20,087 bases of DNA, from positions 1 through 20,087 of the forward strand of contig JBFMGU010000198.1 in NCBI GenBank assembly GCA_040752415.1, given 5' to 3'. Origin of the DNA: Myxococcota bacterium. Lineage in GTDB: Bacteria; Myxococcota; JACRCW01. Made by a program: the position numbers and the translations under genes. The notes under the pieces were generated by a model. That model made no database searches and had not been told where the DNA came from. It saw only the letters and a list, made by a program, of their open reading frames with translations. Below are positions 1 to 7,290 of this stretch, one piece after another. Each line of letters starts with the position of its first letter. The stretch's first letter is position 1.

Positions 1-63
1 GGGGCGGGCGTGGGCTGCCTCGGGGCCGGCGTGGGTTGGCGCGGCGCGGGCGCGGGTGGGCGC
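1..63 (-). repeat. Degenerate 21-bp tandem repeat (3 copies seen) encoding R-Q/P-P-T/A-P-A-P
   Basis: + strand 1-21 ggggcgggcgtgggctgcctc, 22-42 ggggccggcgtgggttggcgc, 43-63 ggcgcgggcgcgggtgggcgc. Confidence 0.75.
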
Positions 64-329
64 GCCGGAGGCTTCAGCATGGCCGCGGGCAGGCCGCCCG
101 CAATGGTCGGCGCGTTGTCAAACCGCACGGGGCCGGTGTCCACCAGGGACGCGAATCCCGAGAGCGCGTCGTCCGGCAGCGACGCGGACTCCGCCGGGCT
201 CACCCCCGGGATCTCCGGCGCCTCGGCGGACCACTCATGCGCGCCGGGCATGGCCACGCCCGCGAGGAGATCTTCCTCCTCGGCCTCCTCCTCCACCACC
301 TCGTCGTCAATTGCGAATTCGTCGGTCAT
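1..329 (-). CDS. Hypothetical protein, 5' part only: acidic N-terminus then Pro-rich repeats; runs off the left edge
   Basis: Absent from the ORF track because it has no stop in the window. Manual translation from ATG 329: MTDEFAIDDEVVEEEAEEEDLLAGVAMPGAHEWSAEAPEIPGVSP...PPARPPAPAPRQPTPAPRQPTPA. Third codon positions are G/C-rich and a GAGG-like motif lies upstream. The frame is also open upstream, so the start is uncertain. Confidence 0.7.
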   Translation of the reverse strand, partial: MTDEFAIDDEVVEEEAEEEDLLAGVAMPGAHEWSAEAPEIPGVSPAESASLPDDALSGFASLVDTGPVRFDNAPTIAGGLPAAMLKPPARPPAPAPRQPTPAPRQPTPA

Positions 330-544
330 GTCGCCTGGACCACCCTCACCAGGCGGTTGGTCCCCCAGACGACGGTATCCCGCCGTGAGACGCGCGTCAC
401 GGGAACGACGGGGACCTGTGGTTTTCCGCGATCCCTCGGTGTTCGGCAGCGAAGCGCGGCTTCGGGTGGCACGGGGCCGATTGCTCATGCCGGGCGGTGT
501 CACCGATTCGTTCACGGTGAAGACCAACCCCACGTCGTCGAGCT

Positions 545-1567
545 TCACTCGGCCGGTGAATCCGGCACGTGCGATGCCTCATCCTCGTCGGGTGAGGTGG
601 CGGTGATGGCCCGCAACGTCACCGGCATGGCCGGGGCCAGGACGCCACGGAGGTTCTTGCGCGTGCACCAGGGCAGGGCGTGCTCGGGAACGCGCAGTCG
701 CAGGATGGTGCGGGGATCCACGCCGTCCAGCCGGCCGCGCAACAGCTCCACGAGATGGGTGGGGCTGCGCACGCCCTCCAGCGTCACCTCGAGCATGGGC
801 CGGGCCGGGAGCGGCTCGAAGTGGATGTTCCCGCCCTCCGGTCCCAGCGTGAGGACGATGAACCCCTTGGTCTCCTCACGCTCCGCAAACGACGTGCGCT
901 CGATGGAGCCCGGGTAGATGATCGGGATGCGCTTGCCGGCCGCGTCCACTCGCCACAGTACCTGGCGACGGTGGATGTGCCCCGACAGGTACGCGTGGAA
1001 TCCATCCGGCAGCGCTGAGCGGGGAATGACGTCGTCACCGGCGCGGAAGGTGTAGTTGGCCGGACCCACCGTGGCGCCCTCGATGGCCTGGTGGAGCAGC
1101 AGGAGGCGCACGTCCACCGCCTCCTCCGGCCGCAGCGACGCGGTGAGCGTGGGCAGTCCGCGCACGTCGCGCACAAAGGGGATGCCGGTCACCGCCACGC
1201 GGCCGTTTCTCGTCGGGAACACGTGGGTGGAAGGGCGGTGGAAGACGTGGATGTTGGGATGCTGCAGGAACAGAGACGGCGGCAGCGCGGAGCGCTCATG
1301 GTTCCCAGCGATGATTCCCATGGGAATGCCGTGCGCGGCGAACTCGCCCAGCCGCCGGTACACCATGTCGACGATCCGCGGCGGCACGCGTGAGCGGTAG
1401 AACAGGTCGCCGCCGTGCAGCACCAGGTCGGCGCGGTGCGTGACGGCGTAATCCAGCACGCGGTCAAAGTTGGCGAAGAAGTCCGGCCCCCGACGGTGCG
1501 GCGCCTGCACGCGCGCCGGCTGGTCCAGACCCAGGTGCGTGTCCGCGGTGAAAACGACCTTCACCAT
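545..1567 (-). CDS. SbcD/Mre11-family metallophosphoesterase (DNA repair exonuclease-like)
   Basis: Calcineurin-like motifs in order (ADTHLG, GGDLF, GNHE, LHQ, GHIH) plus the YPGS motif typical of SbcD/Mre11. Starts 7 bp after the mutS stop. Confidence 0.88.
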   Translation of the reverse strand: MVKVVFTADTHLGLDQPARVQAPHRRGPDFFANFDRVLDYAVTHRADLVLHGGDLFYRSRVPPRIVDMVYRRLGEFAAHGIPMGIIAGNHERSALPPSLFLQHPNIHVFHRPSTHVFPTRNGRVAVTGIPFVRDVRGLPTLTASLRPEEAVDVRLLLLHQAIEGATVGPANYTFRAGDDVIPRSALPDGFHAYLSGHIHRRQVLWRVDAAGKRIPIIYPGSIERTSFAEREETKGFIVLTLGPEGGNIHFEPLPARPMLEVTLEGVRSPTHLVELLRGRLDGVDPRTILRLRVPEHALPWCTRKNLRGVLAPAMPVTLRAITATSPDEDEASHVPDSPAE

Positions 1568-1574
1568 GACCCGC

Positions 1575-4217
1575 TCAGGCCAGGGACTTCTTCAGCGCCG
1601 CCAACGCGTTGAGCGCCTGCAGCGGCGTCATGTTGTTGAGGTCCATGGCCTGCAGCTCCGTCACCACGCGCTGCGTGCGCGGGTCCACCACGGGCGCGCT
1701 GGCCGGCTCCGGCGCCTCGAACAGGCCCAGCTGTGGCGTGGCGCGGATGCGCTTGGTGCGGGCCGCGCGCTCCTTCTTTCCGCCGTCACCGCCTTCCAGG
1801 CCCTGCAGCACGTCCCGCGCGCGGTGCAGGAGCGGCTCAGGCAGCCCCGCCAGCCGCGCCACCTGGATGCCGTAGGAGCGCTCCGCCGGCCCGTCGACGA
1901 GCTTGCGCAGGAAGATCACCCGGTCCTCCCACTCCTTGGCGGCGGCGTGGACATTGCGCACGCGCGTGAGCAGCGAGGCCAGCTCCGTGAGCTCGTGATA
2001 GTGCGTGGCAAACAACGTGCGCGCTCCCACCACGTCATGCACGTGCTCCACGATGGCCCAGGCCAGCGCGAGCCCGTCGTAGGTGCTGGTGCCGCGGCCA
2101 ATCTCGTCGAGGAGGATGAGCGAGTTGCGTGTGGCATTCCCCAGGATCCGTGAGGTCTCCAGCATCTCCACCATGAAGGTGGACTGGCCCTTGAGGAGGT
2201 CGTCGGAGGCACCCATGCGCGTGAAGATGCGGTCGGTGATGGCCAGGCGCGCGCGGTCCGCGGGAACAAAACACCCCGCCTGCGCCAGCACCTGCACCAG
2301 CGCCACCATGCGCATGGCCGTGCTCTTGCCCGCCATGTTGGGTCCGGTGACCAGCACCACCTGCGCCGCATCCGCGCTCATCATCACCGACGAGGGCACG
2401 TACGGCTCCCCCAGCTCCCCCTCGCGCGTCTCCAGCACCGCGTGCCGCCCCGCCTCGATCTCCAATGGCAGCGCGTTGTCGACGGAAGGGTCCACCAGCA
2501 CGGGGCGCACGTAGCGGTACTTCTCCGACGCCTCCGCAAAACCCATGAGCGCATCCAGGCGTGCCACCTGGTCGGCCAGGGCGAGGATGGGCGCGGCGTG
2601 GGAGGCCACCACGTCGCGCAGCTCCACGAAGAGCTTCTCCTCCAACGTAAGGCGCTGCTCCTCCGCGTGGCCCAGCTTCTCCTCCAGCTCCTTGAGCTCC
2701 GGCGTGAAGAAGCGCTCACCGCCCGCCACCGTCTGCTTGCGGATGTAGTGCGCGGGCACCTTGGCCAGGTGCGTTTTGGTCACCTCCAGGAAGTACCCGA
2801 AGACGCGGCTGTACCCGATCTTCAACGACGGGATGTTCGTCTTGGCGCGCTCGTCGGCCTCCAGCGCGGCCAGCTTGTCCTTGGCGTTCTCATGCAGGCT
2901 GCGCAGCTCATCCAGCTGGGCGTGGTAGCCGGGCCGGCAGATCCCACCGTCCTTGGTGGTGGGCGGCGGTTTGTCGACGAGCGCCGCGGCCAGGCGATCA
3001 CACAGCGCCTGCAACGCCGTCAGTCCCTGCCCATACGAAGCCAGCGCCGCATCCTGCGCCAGCGTCTCCTCGACGGCGGGAAGCGCCAAGAGGCTGTCCC
3101 GCAGCGCACCCAGGTCCTTGGGCGTGGCCACGCCGGCGGCACACCGCGCCACCAGCCGCTCCAGGTCCGCCACCCTGCGCAGCGCATCCCGTGCCCCACC
3201 GCGCAGGGCCGGTCGCGTCTTGAACGCCTCCACGGCGTTGAGCCGCTCCTCGATGACACCCAGCTGCCGCGAGGGAGCCAGGAGCCAGTTGGCCACGCGT
3301 CGGCTGCCCATCACCGTCACGGACTGGTCGGCCACGGAGAGCAGGCTGCCCTGGCGCTTCAGCTCACGTGTGGTGCGCACCAACTCCAGGTGGGCCACCG
3401 TGGCCTCGTCCATCAGCAGCTGCTCCTCCAGCTCGTACACCGACGCGGTGCGCACGTGGCTGGTGGAGACCGGGTTCAGTTCCCGCACGTAGGCCCACAG
3501 GCCCGCGGCCGCGCGACGCGCTGCGGAGTCCGGGTTTCCCGTCGTGGAGAGGCCGTCCGGGAGCTGCGCGTCCCACTGCGCGGGATCCGTGCGTCGCTCC
3601 ACCCGTCGGCCGGGCTGTGCCACCGCGCCCTGCACCATCTCCGCTTCGGGCGGGAGCACCACCTCACGCGGGGAGCGGCGATTCAGCTCGGAGAGCGCCG
3701 CGGCGCGGTCGGAGGCGCTGGTGAGGATGAATTCCCCGCAGCTCACGTCGAGGAAAGCCAGCCCCCAGCGCTCCCGACCCGCGCCCGGCACCACCGCGGC
3801 CACGTAGCTGGCGGCGCGCGCGTCCAGGCTTTCCTCGTCGAGAACCGTGCCCGGCGTTACCACGCGCGTGATGCCGCGCTTGACGATTCCCTTGGCCAGC
3901 TTGGGGTCCTCGAGCTGGTCGCAGACGGCCACCTTCAGTCCGGCGGCAATCAGGCGCGCCAGGTTGGGAGCCAGCGCGTGCACGGGAAAACCCGCCATGG
4001 CCGCGCCCGCGTCGCCCTTGTCACGACTGGTGAGGGTGAGGTCCAGGACGCGCGCGCCGGTATGCGCGTCGTCGAAGAACATCTCGTAGAAGTCCCCCAT
4101 GTGGAACAGGAGGACGGCGTCCGGGTGCTGCCGCTTGGCGTCCCAGTACTGCTTCATCATCGGGGACAGCGACGCGCCGGTGCCCGCGGCGGACGGGGAG
4201 CTCACCTGGGTGGTCAT
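1575..4217 (-). CDS. mutS: DNA mismatch repair protein MutS (MutS1)
   Basis: PMMKQY, mismatch-binding GDFYE, Walker A GPNMAGKST, STFMVEM, Walker B LLDEIGRGT, FATHYHEL, SYGIQVARLAG, C-terminal QLGLF and MTPLQAL; 880 aa. Confidence 0.99.
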   Translation of the reverse strand: MTTQVSSPSAAGTGASLSPMMKQYWDAKRQHPDAVLLFHMGDFYEMFFDDAHTGARVLDLTLTSRDKGDAGAAMAGFPVHALAPNLARLIAAGLKVAVCDQLEDPKLAKGIVKRGITRVVTPGTVLDEESLDARAASYVAAVVPGAGRERWGLAFLDVSCGEFILTSASDRAAALSELNRRSPREVVLPPEAEMVQGAVAQPGRRVERRTDPAQWDAQLPDGLSTTGNPDSAARRAAAGLWAYVRELNPVSTSHVRTASVYELEEQLLMDEATVAHLELVRTTRELKRQGSLLSVADQSVTVMGSRRVANWLLAPSRQLGVIEERLNAVEAFKTRPALRGGARDALRRVADLERLVARCAAGVATPKDLGALRDSLLALPAVEETLAQDAALASYGQGLTALQALCDRLAAALVDKPPPTTKDGGICRPGYHAQLDELRSLHENAKDKLAALEADERAKTNIPSLKIGYSRVFGYFLEVTKTHLAKVPAHYIRKQTVAGGERFFTPELKELEEKLGHAEEQRLTLEEKLFVELRDVVASHAAPILALADQVARLDALMGFAEASEKYRYVRPVLVDPSVDNALPLEIEAGRHAVLETREGELGEPYVPSSVMMSADAAQVVLVTGPNMAGKSTAMRMVALVQVLAQAGCFVPADRARLAITDRIFTRMGASDDLLKGQSTFMVEMLETSRILGNATRNSLILLDEIGRGTSTYDGLALAWAIVEHVHDVVGARTLFATHYHELTELASLLTRVRNVHAAAKEWEDRVIFLRKLVDGPAERSYGIQVARLAGLPEPLLHRARDVLQGLEGGDGGKKERAARTKRIRATPQLGLFEAPEPASAPVVDPRTQRVVTELQAMDLNNMTPLQALNALAALKKSLA

Positions 4218-4388
4218 GGGCGCGCACTCATACCCGATCCCGGGGACGGATCACGCACCCGCACCCACAGCCACGGCGCAACCCGGGGCGGTCGCACGGC
4301 GTTTTGAGGGACCGCGCACTTGGCGGGTAGAGTCGGGCTCCCTGTGGAAGCCGTTGCGTTCCTGCCACCACCCACCTGGTGAGCTCCC

Positions 4389-6344
4389 ATGCTGCATGCG
4401 CTGCTGATTCCGTTGACGTTGTGTGCCCAGACCCCTGGCTTTGGCGGATCCCAACCCGGGGGACTGAGCACCAATCCGTTGCAGCCCAACACCAACTGCC
4501 AGGAATGCCACGAGTCCAACCCACCCACGCCCACCACCAGCGTCCTGCCCTATGACACCTACCGCGGCACCCTGATGAACCTGGCCACGGTGGACCCGTT
4601 CTTCCTGGCCGCGCTGGAGATCGCGTTCGCCGACGATCCCGCGGCCAGCCAGCTGTGCGTGCGGTGTCATTCTCCCGTCGGGTGGATGAACGGTCGCAGC
4701 CTTCCCAGCGACGGGAGCGGCCTGGTCCCCACGGACAAGGAGGGCATTGCCTGCGACGTGTGCCACCGCGCCGTCCCCGCCCCCACCGCCAACCCGGACG
4801 CCGGCTACTTCGACGGTCTGCTCCTGGAGAACGCGCAGCTCTACCTCGCCGACGACTCCCTCAAGCGCGGCCGCTACGGCGTGGCCGGCGTGAACGGTCA
4901 TGCCACGGTGGCGGAGCCGCTGCTGCTGGATGGCCAGCTCTGCGCGCACTGCCACGAGGTCACCAATCCGCTGCGCACCCGCAAGCTCGCCGACGGCACG
5001 GACACCGGCGACCCCATGCCCATTGAGCGCACGTACACGGAGTGGCTGCGCAGCGCGTTTGCCATCCCGGGGCGTGAGGGGTGTCGGGATTGCCACATGC
5101 CGGAGGTGAGCGGGCCCGCGTCCAACCAGGGAACTCCGACGCGACTGGTGGGCAAGCACGGCTTCGTGGGGGGCAACACCGTGGCCTCGCGCATGGTGGC
5201 CTTCCTGCACGCCAATGACAGCACCATGCCGTGGCTCCAGGGCCTGGACACTTCCGCCACCCTGGTCACGCAGGCCGCGCGCCAGCAGCTGCGCGACGCG
5301 GCGGAGCTGACCGCGCTGGACGTGGTGGGCACGGGAGCGGCGCGCGCGCTGCGGGTGCGCGTCACCAACAAGACGGGCCACAAGCTGCCCACGGGATACG
5401 CGGAAGGTCGCCGCATGTGGCTGCGTCACGCCGTGACCGACGCCGACGGGTCGGCCGGACCGCGCGGCGGCACGCCGGACACCACCACGTTTGACTTCGT
5501 GACGGGCGAGGATCCGCTGCGCACCTGGGAGATCCGCCTGGGTGAGCACGCGCTGGGCGTCCCGGACTTCCACTTCGCGCTGGTGGATCGCATCTTCAAG
5601 GACAACCGCATCCCGCCGGAGGGCTTTGTCCCCGACGAGGACACCACCCCGGTGGGCGCCACCTACCCGGACCTGGGCGGCGGCGTGCTGGCCCACTATG
5701 ACGACGTGGAAGTCCCCCTGGGCGACGAGACGTGCTTCCCCAAGCAGGTGGACATCACGCTCCACTACCAGACCGCTTCCGGCGAGTACTACCGGTTCCT
5801 CCTCGCCAATGCGCCCGTGGCTGGCGCGCGTCTGCAGCAGGCGTGGAACCAGGTGGGCGGCAGTCCCGCCGAGGAGATGGGCACGCTGTCCGTGGTGGTG
5901 GGCGCGGACCTCTCCGTCACGCCGGGCACCTTGCCCGCGGGTGCCACGTGCGTGGACCTCCGCCCGCAGGACGCCGGCCCCGACGACGCCGGGAACACCG
6001 ACGCCAACGCTCCGGATGCCAACGTGCCTGACGCCGGGCCGGGTGACGCCGCGCCCCCGGATGCGCGTGACGCCGCGCCGGGCCCCGACGCCTCGGAATC
6101 ACCGGACGCTGGCGACGAGGAGGGCGCGGACGCGGGTCGCCGGCAGGTGTTCCAGAAGTGCGAGATCAACGCGCAGTGCCCGGTGGGTGAGGCGTGCGTG
6201 GACGGATTCTGCAGTGACACCCCGGACGCGCGCGTGCGCTGGTTCTTCGGGTGCTCCGGCTCGTCGAATGCAGACGGCCCGCTGGGACTGATGGCGCTCG
6301 TGGTGGTGGTGCTGCTCCGGGCCCGCCGGACGCGACGTCGCTGA
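4389..6344 (+). CDS. Multiheme (5 CxxCH) c-type cytochrome with DAG-rich linker, 4-Cys module and MYXO-CTERM-like tail
   Basis: CQECH (4497), CVRCH (4656), CDVCH (4752), CAHCH (4941), CRDCHMP (5082), with TYTEW and GHKLPTG motifs. Short hydrophobic N-terminus; an in-frame TGA at 4380 limits the start. C-terminus is GCSGSSNADGPLGLMALVVVVLLRARRTRRR. Confidence 0.9.
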   Translation: MLHALLIPLTLCAQTPGFGGSQPGGLSTNPLQPNTNCQECHESNPPTPTTSVLPYDTYRGTLMNLATVDPFFLAALEIAFADDPAASQLCVRCHSPVGWMNGRSLPSDGSGLVPTDKEGIACDVCHRAVPAPTANPDAGYFDGLLLENAQLYLADDSLKRGRYGVAGVNGHATVAEPLLLDGQLCAHCHEVTNPLRTRKLADGTDTGDPMPIERTYTEWLRSAFAIPGREGCRDCHMPEVSGPASNQGTPTRLVGKHGFVGGNTVASRMVAFLHANDSTMPWLQGLDTSATLVTQAARQQLRDAAELTALDVVGTGAARALRVRVTNKTGHKLPTGYAEGRRMWLRHAVTDADGSAGPRGGTPDTTTFDFVTGEDPLRTWEIRLGEHALGVPDFHFALVDRIFKDNRIPPEGFVPDEDTTPVGATYPDLGGGVLAHYDDVEVPLGDETCFPKQVDITLHYQTASGEYYRFLLANAPVAGARLQQAWNQVGGSPAEEMGTLSVVVGADLSVTPGTLPAGATCVDLRPQDAGPDDAGNTDANAPDANVPDAGPGDAAPPDARDAAPGPDASESPDAGDEEGADAGRRQVFQKCEINAQCPVGEACVDGFCSDTPDARVRWFFGCSGSSNADGPLGLMALVVVVLLRARRTRRR

Positions 6345-6359
6345 AGCCGGCCGGAAGTC

Positions 6360-7208
6360 TCACGCCGCGCGCGCTGCGGCGCTGTTCCGCTCCTTGGCTC
6401 GCGCCAGCTCCAGCGGATCATGGGCGCAGAACACGTCGACGTCGTCGGCGTGGTTGCGCACCAGCTCCCTCAGTCGGTGTTGGTTGTGCAGCCGCTCCTG
6501 GCGCTCCGCCTGGACCAGGGCCTGGAAGTACTTGAGGCCCGCCGGACAATGCGGCTGCGCCGGGTCCATCTCGCCGTGGAAGAAGTACGCGTCGCCGCAG
6601 TGGAGGAGCCAGCGCCCGCCGCGGCTCACGGCAATGCCGCTGTGGCCGCGCGTGTGACCCGTGAGCGGGACGATCAGGATCTCCGGCGGCAAACCCTCCA
6701 GCTGGCGCACGCACTCAAACCCGAACCACGGCTCTCCCTGCGCGGCGTAGGTGCGCCACTGCGGTCCATGTTTCCAGTGGAGCGGACGGTAGCGCTCACG
6801 CTCATTGAGGGTGCGCGGGCTCATGGCCGCCTGGTGCTCCGGCGCATGCACGTGGACGCGCGCGTGCGGGAAGTCGGGCAGACCGCCAGCGTGGTCCAGG
6901 TCCAGGTGCGTCAGCACGATGTGACGGACGTCTTCCCGTCGGAAACCCAGGCGCTCCACCTGCCGCGCCGCCGTCTCCTCCTCGAGCAGCCGCGGCGCCG
7001 CGAACGCGAGGAACGGCGCACCCAGGTGTCCCGGGGTGGCCACGTCCTGCAGCCCCAGCCCGGTGTCGACGAGAACCAGGCCCGCGTCCGTCTCCACCAG
7101 CAGGCAGTGGCAGACCATGTGCGCTCCGGTCAGCAGGTTGCCGTTGCCAACAAGGAGCCGACCGCCCGCGGGGCACATGGTGGCGGCGTTCAGGTGATGG
7201 ATGCGCAT
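6360..7208 (-). CDS. Metallo-beta-lactamase-fold hydrolase (AHL-lactonase-like subgroup)
   Basis: LVDTG, THLDLDHAGG, GHTRGH, GDA and CAHD motifs; no signal peptide. Confidence 0.9.
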   Translation of the reverse strand: MRIHHLNAATMCPAGGRLLVGNGNLLTGAHMVCHCLLVETDAGLVLVDTGLGLQDVATPGHLGAPFLAFAAPRLLEEETAARQVERLGFRREDVRHIVLTHLDLDHAGGLPDFPHARVHVHAPEHQAAMSPRTLNERERYRPLHWKHGPQWRTYAAQGEPWFGFECVRQLEGLPPEILIVPLTGHTRGHSGIAVSRGGRWLLHCGDAYFFHGEMDPAQPHCPAGLKYFQALVQAERQERLHNQHRLRELVRNHADDVDVFCAHDPLELARAKERNSAAARAA

Positions 7209-7290
7209 GGGAGGAGCCGTCTCACGACGGAGAAGGGGCGCGCAAGGCGCGTGACGCCGGGCCTTGGGCTGCGGCGGTGTGGAGCTGCGC

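Noticed and set aside
330..544. Intergenic region with a short hairpin (gaagc-gcg-gcttc, 451-463) as a possible ncRNA or terminator
   Set aside because: A 5-bp stem with no U-tract is expected by chance at this GC content, and no RNA family was recognised.
6345..6359. Terminator between the convergent cytochrome and MBL genes
   Set aside because: The 15-bp gap has no stem-loop followed by a U-tract on either strand.
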